Positions 30,819-41,757 of a stretch of DNA of 64,000 nt are shown here, in pieces. Location: NCBI GenBank assembly GCA_963662275.1, contig OY759316.1:224001-288000 (forward strand), given 5' to 3'. This DNA comes from Candidatus Cloacimonadales bacterium (GTDB lineage Bacteria > Cloacimonadota > Cloacimonadia > Cloacimonadales > DAONDQ01). Each line of letters opens with the position of its first letter. Position 1 is the stretch's first letter. Position numbers and translations under genes: made by a program. The notes beneath the pieces are model-generated. The model was not told where the DNA came from and ran no database searches. It worked only from the letters and a program-made list of their open reading frames with translations.

Positions 30819-32581
30819 CGTTTATCCTTTGAAAAAACATCCATAACTAGTTTAGCTATTCCTTGAAGGAAATTGACTATGTCTTGGATTAAAGTTGAAT
30901 CACCTTTTGGGGGACATTTCAGTTTCTTAATTTCTTGAAGTGCTTCATTAATGTCTTCAGTATCGGATGTAATTTTCTGTACGTTCTCAGATAATTTAAT
31001 TGTATTTCTATTGATATTTTCATTATTGATACGAATTGAATCAGTATCGTCCTTAATTTCATTTGTTTTTGCAGCAATTGAGGGTAATTGAGTGGAAATT
31101 TTCTCTGTATTAAGACTAATATCTGAAGTATGTTTATCGATTAATCCTGTGTGCCCAACTATATTTGTAGTATCATCTTTGATAAATGCAGTATTTTTCT
31201 GTATTAAATCCGTATAACTGGATATTTCCTCAGTGTTTTGGTTTATGCTCGATGCGTTGTCTCGAATTTCTTCAACATCTGCTTTAATATCTTTTGCTAT
31301 AGAACCTATATCAGAAGCTTCTCCACTAATCACCTGCAATTTATTAATAATGGTATTTGCGTGCTCTTCTACTCTACAACGATATCCCATTGTAAATTCT
31401 GGTCTTTCTTGCATTTTGAGATATGCAGTTTCAATTAATTCTCTGTTTGAAAAAATTCGTAGACCCGTAATACCCAATATTAACTCTAGAAAAAAAGTGG
31501 CACTATGTGCCACAATACTTGTGATAACTGCGACGGAATTCCCAAGTAATGCTTGAATCATAGAATCTTTAATTATTGATGAGATATTTCCATTACCGTC
31601 ATCAGCTGCTTTCAGTTGCATCATTCCCTGAGCCATTTCATAAAATGCCAACATTACACCAAAGAGTGTTCCAAGGATTCCTAAACGCACTATCCAGGAT
31701 AATAAAACTCCCATTGTTCTATTTGATTGATTGAGTTTTTCCGTTTCTTTTTCATAGTTGTTTTCAAATATTTCTTCCATCAGTTCAGGCTTTCCCTTAT
31801 AGTGCCACATCTCATAGATTAATTTGAAAAGAGGAAATCTTCTATGCTCAGCTAAGTTATCAAAATATACATTATCCATTTCTGGAATATTCACATGACG
31901 GTAATGTTTCCTGATAAGCAAATCATATCTATATTGATACAGAATTCTGAATAAAATAACTAGAAATACAACAAACATCATTATCGACATTGCAAGATAG
32001 ATCCAGCCCGATTTTAACGATGATGTTAATTCGGAGTTCATAATGAAAAAGGGAGTTTTACCATCTGCATTTTGGGGAGGATTGAAGATAACCTGAATAG
32101 ATTTTCGATAATATTCTTTTGCTTTGGCAACGTTAAAAATAACCCCAAATCCTTGAATACCAATATCTAATACTCGTTCACCCTTTTCAGTAGAAAATGC
32201 AAGATCAACAGCTTCGAATGCCTTACGAATATATGTCGAGTCTTTCGCTGAATGAACTAGTGGCCAGTATCTTTTTAAATCCTGTTGTGCTTTAATAACA
32301 TCTTTTGAATTTTTAAAAGATGTTTTATTGATGATTTGGGAAATATCAGAAATTTTGGATTGTGGCATATTTTTCGTATCAGATCCAACATAAATGTCTT
32401 TTAAAGTTGAACTGTATTTGTTAATTTTTTTGTAATATCTAATGTTGTCATCAATTGTAGATCCAATCCAGAACATCAAACCTGATCCACTAATTACTAG
32501 ATACGAAACGAATAGAAACAACATAGCTCTCCAGCCATATTTTGAAAAAAGGAAATCTCTAATATTTTTCAAAACTAACAT
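30815..32581 (-). CDS. MotA/TolQ/ExbB proton-channel family protein with long heptad-repeat C-terminal tail
   Basis: LGILGTLFGVMLAFYEM and GNSVAVITSIVA TM pair, two additional N-terminal TMs, and a tail of I-x-x-x-T-x-x heptads. Confidence 0.75.
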   Translation of the reverse strand: MLVLKNIRDFLFSKYGWRAMLFLFVSYLVISGSGLMFWIGSTIDDNIRYYKKINKYSSTLKDIYVGSDTKNMPQSKISDISQIINKTSFKNSKDVIKAQQDLKRYWPLVHSAKDSTYIRKAFEAVDLAFSTEKGERVLDIGIQGFGVIFNVAKAKEYYRKSIQVIFNPPQNADGKTPFFIMNSELTSSLKSGWIYLAMSIMMFVVFLVILFRILYQYRYDLLIRKHYRHVNIPEMDNVYFDNLAEHRRFPLFKLIYEMWHYKGKPELMEEIFENNYEKETEKLNQSNRTMGVLLSWIVRLGILGTLFGVMLAFYEMAQGMMQLKAADDGNGNISSIIKDSMIQALLGNSVAVITSIVAHSATFFLELILGITGLRIFSNRELIETAYLKMQERPEFTMGYRCRVEEHANTIINKLQVISGEASDIGSIAKDIKADVEEIRDNASSINQNTEEISSYTDLIQKNTAFIKDDTTNIVGHTGLIDKHTSDISLNTEKISTQLPSIAAKTNEIKDDTDSIRINNENINRNTIKLSENVQKITSDTEDINEALQEIKKLKCPPKGDSTLIQDIVNFLQGIAKLVMDVFSKDKR

Positions 32582-32589
32582 AACATCTC

Positions 32590-33663
32590 CTAAAATTTAA
32601 TACTAATACTTGTTTTCAAGGGAGAGTCAACCAGGCTAAGTGACTCACTATCATAATTATATTTATTCAATTTATCATAATTCATATAAATTGTGTAACT
32701 TATATCGACTTCTGCTTTCGAAAAATGTAGAAATTTGGAGATCAATTTGTTGAATCCAAAACCCAAAGAGGTACTATCCCAGCTGAAAGAATCTCCATTA
32801 GAACCAACTCCCCCAGAAAATCCAATTCTACTTATGAGTAATTCCCAGAAGTAAATTTCTCCTCCGATTGTGCATTTCAAGGGAGAATAATTAGAAGCAT
32901 TTCCTTCAAAACCTATCATTAGATGTTGTTTACTAAATTGATAGCAAGCACCCGTTCTTATTCCATATTGATAAATATCATCTTCACTACGAAGAGATTC
33001 AAATGTTGTCTGTAATGCAATACCTATCTGAAGACTATCCAATGATCCTCTGAAACCAAGATCGATACCATGTTGGTGTTTGGGACTTCTTAAGCGACCA
33101 ATATCCATCCATCCATTCTTGTAATCGATGCCTAAAGAATAATCACCAGCTATTCTTTTAGCCAAAGCAATTGAAATCATATTTTCGCGACTATCAAATA
33201 CACCAATTGTTTCAATTTCATTTGTATTTGGAATAATCTGAGTCTGTTGGATATTATTAATGCCTCTTGAATACAAATTAAGACCACAGTCAACATCCCA
33301 TAATTTATGAAGCAGACCAAAATACATAAAATCCCATCCATCATCAGTAGAAGAATTTAAGTTAAAGTAGTCATCTGTATCACCAGGATGACTCCATCTC
33401 TGTATCATGCCAATTTCTGTTTCTTTAATATCATCTTCTTTCGCAATACCTGCCGGATTCCAGAACATTGAAAACGGTCCAGTGGAAAAAGCGACTCCCA
33501 TTCCTCCCATGGCAACTTCTCTAGGTGAGACTGGAATCTGTGCAAAAGCTAAAGGACCTCCACCTCCGCTATATACCTTAGCTTCAGCATTACAAATCAT
33601 TAATGAATACATCGATATGAATAAAAAAAGAACTAGCTTACATTTAATAACATACGTATTCAT
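32590..33663 (-). CDS. PorV/PorQ-family outer-membrane beta-barrel
   Basis: Signal peptide; FAQIPVSPREVAMGG...FWNPAGIA plug motif; terminal Phe (ISIKF); AGGAG RBS. Confidence 0.8.
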   Translation of the reverse strand: MNTYVIKCKLVLFLFISMYSLMICNAEAKVYSGGGGPLAFAQIPVSPREVAMGGMGVAFSTGPFSMFWNPAGIAKEDDIKETEIGMIQRWSHPGDTDDYFNLNSSTDDGWDFMYFGLLHKLWDVDCGLNLYSRGINNIQQTQIIPNTNEIETIGVFDSRENMISIALAKRIAGDYSLGIDYKNGWMDIGRLRSPKHQHGIDLGFRGSLDSLQIGIALQTTFESLRSEDDIYQYGIRTGACYQFSKQHLMIGFEGNASNYSPLKCTIGGEIYFWELLISRIGFSGGVGSNGDSFSWDSTSLGFGFNKLISKFLHFSKAEVDISYTIYMNYDKLNKYNYDSESLSLVDSPLKTSISIKF

Positions 33664-33671
33664 TTTATCTC

Positions 33672-36264
33672 CTAATGAACAAGCACAAGAGGCCAGGAAA
33701 CTTTGATATCGTTATTTGCTTTTAGATAGACCAAGTATATACCACTTGCAACGGCATCCCCACTATAGTTCCTTCCATTCCATCCATTTAGAATTTGATG
33801 TTTTCCAGCATCATTTTTTACACTCCACTTTTTAACAAGTCGTCCAGCAGAGTCTATGATCTTAATCTCAGCAGAACTTACTTCGGACGGTAACTGATAT
33901 TCAATAATGGCATATCCATTTTCTTTTTGATAATATGGGTTTGGAGCTGTTCTGAGAGAATATCCTCCTGATTCATGTTGATGATTAATTGGTTGATCTA
34001 TTTTAAAAGTAACACTATCTACTTCGCCTGCTTTATTCAGAATCGTTGGTATGCTTATATTTGTAGTCAGCTTTCCTGAAAGTGGCTCTGTATTTGTTAA
34101 AATCCAGTTATTTGTAAGATTTTCAGCTAGAAGAGAATCATCTTCAGACTGATACTCCACACGGTCAGAATCCAGAGCATCGCTACCACCTACCATGACT
34201 CCATCTCTTGTGTATCCTATAAATACAGGTCTTAAAATATTAGTGAACATTTGAGCTATTGGATTGATTAATACATCAGAGAGTTTCATTTTATTTGCAT
34301 CAAAACCCCTGGTTTCATTAATAAAGTTTTGAACTCTTTCAAGAGCATTATTGGAATAAAGATATTTTAGAGTATCTGTAATAGATTTGGGACTCAGAAT
34401 AAGAGACTTTAGTTGGGCTTCGTTAGAGCTTTCTAATAATGTACTTAAAGATTGCATCATCTTCGATTTTGAAATGAAGTTCCGACCTGTGATGTATGCA
34501 CTTACATCTGTATACGGAGATATATTACTATAGGCTTCATTTAACCCTGATGGATAAAAATTCAAAACTACTGGTGGTATCCCATCTTCCACTATCAGCG
34601 TATATTTACAAAAAAGACTATCACCAGTAGGTTCTTGGCAAATTTCCTCTAATTGATGTTCAATATTCTCTTCGTTGCATTGGAAAGCAACATCATTGTA
34701 ATCTGGACCTACTATCAAGTTACTCGCAATATGGGTTTTAATAACCAGCATAGAAGGATCGGATTGTGCTTTTAATAGTGTAACACTCGAACTGTCTCTA
34801 TTACTGGCACAATTTGTTGCTAATTTAGCACCATCTCCCAATTTGATAAACATACATTCAGCAGAATCTGCCTCTGTATAACCTATTTGTTGATAAGATA
34901 GAACAATTGAATTATCTACATTATCTATATCTTCAAACTTGTCATCAGATTCTGTCAGAAAGAACATATTCTTTGCTTCATTCCCGAATTGAGAATGTCT
35001 TGATACATTCATATCAAATTTTACTTTGATAAGATCGTCCTTGTTGATTTCTCCATCAGGTATACCTGTTATTCCACCATCTAAGTAACGACAATTCATA
35101 ATTTGTGGCAATTTGTCTGTTTGCACAGTGATCCTGATTGCTGAAGGATACGTAATATGGGTAACACATCTTGTTGTATCCATATAAGAGCATACAAGAT
35201 CCAGATTAACTGCATAATCACCGAGAACCATTGCCCCGGGTATCATTTCATTGAATGTTAAAACAGCACTGTTATTGATAGAATCAAGCACGACATTCGA
35301 GTTCATATATGCAGTAACACTGTTTCCCAGGTTATCAGAGAAAGACAGTTTGGAACAGGGTTCTTGATTAATTGTATTACCGAATAAAGTCAAATTTGGA
35401 TGCCTACCAGGTTTCAAATGCACGAATACTTCAAATTTAGCAAGTTTCTCTCTTAGAACGATGGGATCAGATTGTAATACGGGGATTTCTAATGCTGGAG
35501 GGCTAATAATTTCAAAGAGATTGATACATGTAGTTGAATCCGTAAATGCATTTTGATTCTCATCATGTCCTTTTAATATGAATGTAACATCATGAAATCC
35601 TACTTCAAAATCTAATCCTAACGGAGAATAGCTAAAAATGCAATGCATCACAGAACCTTCATCTACTATGCATGAGTCCATATATGAGATGAATTCATGA
35701 CCTGCGTTGTCTTTACACTTAATCAGACTCTCATTCATAGCAAAATAAGCATCTGCGCTTCCTTGATTCTCGATGTCTATACTGAAACGAACAGTTCCAC
35801 CCTGAACTCCGTTTCCTGGACTCAGAGAGCTTATATCAGGCTCTAATTCAACAGGAGTTTGTGCTGTAACATCATCAGAAAGAGTTCCACTACTGAAGAA
35901 CTCATAGCCGTTTCTATCTGAACCTTTTAGTTGTAGTGTCATATGACAAAGAGAATCTGATACAATTGGGAAAACCTTCGATTTAAAAGTGATAGGAAGA
36001 GTCTCATTGGAATGAAAATGCACTACAGAAGTTGCAAACAGAGTATCGATACCGTTTAGAGTCGGAAAACTCAACCAGGTTTGACTAGGTTGAAGATCAA
36101 TTTCTGTACTCGTTTGATTTTGAACCTGTAATGAAAATGAACGTGAGAATCCCATTGTCACCTTTGGGGGAGATATCGATCCTGCGAGATATTCTAATTT
36201 AGGATCTTCGATAACCTGTACAGAATCTATGGTATTGGGTTGATCATCTATCATGGAAAGAGAG
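33672..36264 (-). pseudogene. 5'-truncated large secreted Ig-like-repeat protein with CTD
   Basis: CTD APNPY...IIDSAGRLVK...WNGRNYSGDAVASGIYL. No signal peptide; the apparent ATG (36272) lies inside the duplicated hppA sequence. Confidence 0.75.
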
Positions 36265-38490
36265 TTAATCATATGTGTTTTAGGTTTGTTGTTCGGATTC
36301 TTTCAATATCGGGGAATTCGTAGTCTTCCAGTCCATCGAGCGATGAGCGAAGTCTCTGAATTGATCTATAGTACGTGTAAGACTTATTTGATCACACAAG
36401 GTAAATTCTTATTGGTACTGGAAGTGCTGATTGGAATTATCATCTCCTTTTATTTTGGTTATGTGAAGCATTTCCCAGGTTCACATGTAGCGATCATTCT
36501 TGCTTCGAGTGTGATCGGGATTCTTGGCAGCTATATGGTTGCCTGGTTTGGAATACGTGTCAACACAAGAGCAAACTCACGTTCTGCTTTTGCTAGCCTG
36601 AGAGGCAAACCTTTCCCGACCTATGCCATCCCAATCAGGGCAGGTATTAGTGTTGGAATGATGTTGATCAGTGTTGAACTTTTAATTATGCTCTGCATAT
36701 TGTTATTTATCCCGGGTAATTATGCCGGTGCCTGTTTCATAGGCTTTGCTATCGGTGAATCTTTGGGTGCTTCAGTGCTTCGTATTGCTGGCGGTATTTT
36801 TACTAAGATAGCTGACATCGGTGCTGACCTGATGAAGATCGAACACGAGATCAAAGAAGATGATCCCCGCAATCCCGGTGTGATTGCTGATTGTACCGGT
36901 GATAATGCCGGTGATTCTGTAGGTCCCACTGCTGATGGTTTTGAAACTTATGGTGTAACAGGTGTTGCACTCATCACTTTCGTACTGCTGGCAGTCCCCA
37001 ATGTTCAGATGCAGGTAATCCTGCTTGTTTGGCTTTTCGTTATGCGCCTTGCTATGCTCATTGCCAGCGGATTATCCTATTATATCAATGACTTCATTGC
37101 TCGCATCCGCTTTTCGCACGTCGATAAAATGAATTTCGAAGATCCTTTAACCTCACTGGTATGGATTACTTCTGTTTTCTCGATCTTTTTAATATTCCTG
37201 CTATCCTATATCATCCTTGCTCCTCATTATCCAACCTTATGGTGGAAACTTGCTTCTATCATAACGTGTGGAACTATAGCAGGAGCAGTGATTCCTGAAA
37301 TCGTCAAAATATTCACATCCACCAAATCTGCCTTTGTGCAGAATATTCTGACTTCTTCAAAACATGGAGGAGCTTCTTTGAATATTCTCGCTGGTCTTAC
37401 TTCCGGCAATTACAGTGCATATTGGATGGGAATGGTGATCATTGCATTAATGGGAACTGCATTCATATTTAGTACCTTTGGTCTTGGCGTTTTCATGATT
37501 GCCCCTGCTGTTTTTGCGTTTGGCTTGGTAGCTTTCGGGTTTTTGAGTATGGGGCCGGTTACAATTGCCGTAGATTCATATGGACCTGTTACGGATAATG
37601 CGCAATCTGTATATGAATTATCCTTGATTGAAACCATTCCTAATATTAAAAAAGAAATTGAAAAAGACTTTGGATTTACACCTGATTTTGAGAGAAGTAA
37701 GGCTTTTCTCGAAGAAAATGACGGTGCCGGCAATACTTTTAAAGCTACAGCAAAACCTGTTCTTATTGGTACTGCTGTTGTAGGTGCTACGACTATGATC
37801 TTTTCCATCATCATGATTTTAACTAACGGTCTTACTCAAAACATGGAGAAACTATCATTAATATATCCTCCATTCCTATTGGGTTTGCTTGCTGGCGGGG
37901 CAATGATCTATTGGTTTACCGGCGCAACAATGCATGCTGTTACGAGTGGAGCCTACCGAGCCGTTGAGTTCATCAAATCTAAACTGAAACTGGATGGACA
38001 TGCTGTAGCTAGCTTGGAAGACAGCTCGAAAGTAGTGGAAATTTGCACTATTTACGCCCAAAAAGGCATGATCAATATCTTCATGGTTATTTTTCTGACC
38101 ACATTAGCATATGCTTGCCTGGAACCTTTCTTCTTTATTGGATACCTGATTTCCATCGCGATGTTCGGTCTTTACCAGGCTATCTATATGGCGAATGCCG
38201 GTGGTGCCTGGGATAATACGAAGAAAATTGTGGAATGCGATTTAAAGGAAATGTCAACTCCTTTGCATGAAGCTTCTGTTATTGGTGATACCGTTGGAGA
38301 TCCATTTAAAGATACTTCTTCTGTGGCTATGAACCCGGTGATCAAGTTCACAACCTTATTCGGGTTACTGGCTATGGAATTGGCTCTGACTTTAACCCGT
38401 ACGATGAACACAATTTTGGCGATTATATTCTTTAGTGGAGCACTTATTTTTATCGTACTATCCTTTACCAGTATCCGTATTCGGGATTAG
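36253..38490 (+). pseudogene. hppA: 5'-truncated second copy of hppA (lacks the first 52 aa, in-frame MERE fusion start)
   Basis: Matches 12576-14801 from 36265 onward; no RBS seen before ATG 36253. Confidence 0.85.
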
Positions 38491-38575
38491 AACTAACAAT
38501 AAGAATTGCTTATCTATTAGTGTTATATATCAAAATGGCAGACTGTTCGGTCTGCCATTTGATTTAGGAGATCAG

Positions 38576-41146
38576 TTATTTAACCAGGATTAGCTTCTGA
38601 ATCCTATGTTTATTCCCGAGGTAAGAAGAACAGAAGTAGATACCGGAAGCTAGCTGGTGGTTGCTTTCATCTGTCCCGTTCCAATCCAGGTCATGTTTGC
38701 CGGATTCTAAAAAAGCATTGATCAAGGTCTTGACTTTCTGCCCCCTGATATTGAATATCTCCAGTTTCACTTTTTGCGGTGATTTCAGATGAAAAGACAG
38801 CGTCGCGCTGCTTTGAAAGGGATTCGGATATATTGATAATCCTTCCCTCGCTGCTGCTGTATTGTCTTGGTTGGCAACGGGTGTAATGATTGACATCCTG
38901 CGAATGCTATCATAGCGATTTGCGTAACTGACGATGAGGGAGGGAGAAAATGTGCCGCCTTCTGTATAAACATAAGTGGGATTCTGCTCTTCAGAATCAA
39001 GAACACCATCATCATTGAAATCCCACGCCCAATGATCGGCATCACCAGTACTCATATCCGTAAAATGGACGGCAAGTGGAGCTGCACCACTGGTATCAGA
39101 GACAGCAAAACCAGCATGAATCTGACCCTGGTATTCATAAGCACCAATATCTATCCTGCTCTGTACCCCCAAACCATTCATTATTCTCGGATTTCCAAAT
39201 AAGTCAAAAGGAGAGAGTGATAATCCTGTGGTATCAGTTGTTCCGGCATCTATACCCGGGGATAGGGAAGTTATCATATAGGAGTTATCTCCCCACCCAA
39301 AGAATATCGGCTCTTCATCAATATTTCCCTCCTGCCAGTGCAGGAAATCTGAAGGATCACAAAATACACCATCCATGCCATTCCGAATGATGTTATTGGA
39401 TAGATACTCATGATGATTATTCAAACCATCAGGAGTATAAAGAAATTGAACTTCCTGGGTTAAACCCGGATTCCAAAAGATATTGTTCTTCAGGACAGCA
39501 TCACCCACTATTCCCAACACAGCGCTTCCTCCTGAATTATTGGCAAACGTGCAGTTACTGATTTCAATACCGTTATTGGCTGATACTAGAGCCATAAAAG
39601 TATATGCTGTTTGAGTATTCTCTATGATATTAGAATTCGTTATTATTACTTTGAGTGTATCATCATCTGTATTACGCCCAATAGAAAAAATAGTTGGCAT
39701 TCCTTCTGCTGAACTGAAATTCCCCTTGAAAGTGCAGCCATCTATGATAATCGTTCCCTTATCACCATATTTCAAACCATTTCCATCTCCCTGAAGACTT
39801 GTATTGTTTTCGGAAATGCAATTAATCAGATAATTAGTGCCTCTGTTTTCACCAAAATAAAAGCCAGGATAAACATATGAAGCAAAATTGTTTCTTACAG
39901 TAGTATTCTTTATTCGAAAGTCCTTACATCGGGTAATACCGATTCCCGATCCAATATCGCTTGAAGCATTTTCAACTATGACGTTATTAATTAACAAATT
40001 CAAGGATTTATCGGGGGCAATACTGATATTCGAATTTCTGCATGTGAGATTGGTTATTGTAACATTTCGGCTGCCAGTTGCGGGTCTGATTAGAATTTGT
40101 GTTCCACTCCCATCAAGTACAGTGGTTTCTCTTGTTTCTCCAGTAAGGGTTGTCCAGCTTTTTACAGGTATTCCGTATTGCTGATAGTTTTCGGGAAATG
40201 AATAGTTACCGGGTGCAAGATAAATCATCTTAGGATTTAAACTGTCTGCTGCTATATGATACATGGCATAATATATGGAGCGAAGCGGAGATGCTTCCGA
40301 CAAGCCATCATTTGCATTATTGCCATTAGGAGCAACATATAGGTCATGATTAATTTCTGTCATATAGGCATGTTCAATTTCACAAGTGATGGGATTCTCT
40401 ATTTGTGGATTATATGAATATCCTGTTATGAAAAAATTCAGTGGATTCATAACAGAACAAGTATCCAGTATGACTTGTACATAATCAAAATATTGAAAAA
40501 AACAGTCTGTTCCTATTGATGCAAAGTTATTATAGATATTGCACTTCACTTGCTGATTAAAAACAATTGTATTATTTACTAATTGTAAATTATTATAACA
40601 TATGATACCCCCCCCAATATCAGCATTGTTATCCCTAACAGTTGTCCCAGCTAAAAAAAGATTTGAAGCATTGGAGGAAATCCCTCCTCCATTATCGGCT
40701 GAATTATTGAATATTAAACTATTTATCACACTAAGTTGACCAATATGAGAACTATTTATTCCTCCTCCAAAACGTTTATTACTTCCAGTATAATAATTGC
40801 CAATTCCATTTGTAAGAGTTAGTCCTTGAACGGTCGCATTAATTTCATTATGATTAAGAATAATGCAACTGCTAATCTGGTTTCCATCTATAATTGTAGA
40901 ATTTGTATATATAGGATTCCCAGTTGTCAGTTCCAAACTCGCAAGGGTGATGCTATGCCCATTAAAATTGACATTCTCGAAGTATCTTCCCGGATATACT
41001 AAGACCGTGTCACCGGTTGCAGAGGCATTGATGGCTGATTGGATAGCAGTAAACTGAGCAGAGCCATCCAGGTTTACGGTATGAGTAAGAGCGCAGAGTA
41101 TTCCTGTTGAGAATGCAAGCATTATCAATAACATAGTCTTTGACAT
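38576..41146 (-). CDS. Secreted beta-helix + PKD + CTD protein (allele B)
   Basis: Paralog of 14887-17457 with a divergent N-terminal block. Confidence 0.85.
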   Translation of the reverse strand: MSKTMLLIMLAFSTGILCALTHTVNLDGSAQFTAIQSAINASATGDTVLVYPGRYFENVNFNGHSITLASLELTTGNPIYTNSTIIDGNQISSCIILNHNEINATVQGLTLTNGIGNYYTGSNKRFGGGINSSHIGQLSVINSLIFNNSADNGGGISSNASNLFLAGTTVRDNNADIGGGIICYNNLQLVNNTIVFNQQVKCNIYNNFASIGTDCFFQYFDYVQVILDTCSVMNPLNFFITGYSYNPQIENPITCEIEHAYMTEINHDLYVAPNGNNANDGLSEASPLRSIYYAMYHIAADSLNPKMIYLAPGNYSFPENYQQYGIPVKSWTTLTGETRETTVLDGSGTQILIRPATGSRNVTITNLTCRNSNISIAPDKSLNLLINNVIVENASSDIGSGIGITRCKDFRIKNTTVRNNFASYVYPGFYFGENRGTNYLINCISENNTSLQGDGNGLKYGDKGTIIIDGCTFKGNFSSAEGMPTIFSIGRNTDDDTLKVIITNSNIIENTQTAYTFMALVSANNGIEISNCTFANNSGGSAVLGIVGDAVLKNNIFWNPGLTQEVQFLYTPDGLNNHHEYLSNNIIRNGMDGVFCDPSDFLHWQEGNIDEEPIFFGWGDNSYMITSLSPGIDAGTTDTTGLSLSPFDLFGNPRIMNGLGVQSRIDIGAYEYQGQIHAGFAVSDTSGAAPLAVHFTDMSTGDADHWAWDFNDDGVLDSEEQNPTYVYTEGGTFSPSLIVSYANRYDSIRRMSIITPVANQDNTAAAREGLSIYPNPFQSSATLSFHLKSPQKVKLEIFNIRGQKVKTLINAFLESGKHDLDWNGTDESNHQLASGIYFCSSYLGNKHRIQKLILVK

Positions 41147-41180
41147 ATCTTCTCCAAGATTCTAATTGGAACGCTATCTT

Positions 41181-41476
41181 TAGACCCCCCTCCCCCCCTT
41201 CTCAAGGGGGGATTAAGGAGCCTTATCTGAACTTAATTTTAGTCTCCCCTTTCCAATCCCCCCTTGAGAAGGGGGGTTAAGGAGCCTTATCTGAACTTAA
41301 TTTTAGTACCCTTTCTAATCCCCCCTTGAGAAGGGGGGTTAAGGAGCCTTATCTGAACTTAATTTTAGTACCCTTTCTAATCCCCCCTTGAGAAGGGGGG
41401 TTAAGGAGCCTTATCTGAACTTAATTTTAGTCTCCCCTTTCTAATCCCCCCTTGAGAAGGGGGGTAGGGGGGTCTA
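41181..41476. repeat. Palindromic tandem array, 4 units
   Basis: As 17492-17837 but 50 bp shorter. Confidence 0.9.
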
Positions 41477-41757
41477 TTTCTGAATCTGTGCCATATTTGG
41501 AGTTCAAATGCCCTAAACAAATTATCATTGAATACTTAACTAAAAGGGCATTCGGACTTCAAAATCGACCTTTCATTCTCGGTAGCGAAAACCTGTTTTC
41601 TGGGAAGTTCAAATCCTCAGCTTTCATGTAAAGTCCAAATCGCCTTTGTGAAATGTTATTTATTACATTTACCCGCTTTTAATGGTTATAAATAACCATT
41701 CACGAAGCAACTTGGTGATTGAAACTCCAAAATTCGAGAGTATTGCGCCCCTATAGA

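Noticed and set aside
29167..32581. Canonical Zorya type I/II system
   Set aside because: No OmpA-like domain is recognisable in the small subunit and there is no ZorC/ZorD helicase or ZorE HNH gene. Only the architecture is ZorA-like.
27231..36264. Prophage or integrase-driven genomic island
   Set aside because: No integrase, phage genes, tRNA target or short att repeats were seen.
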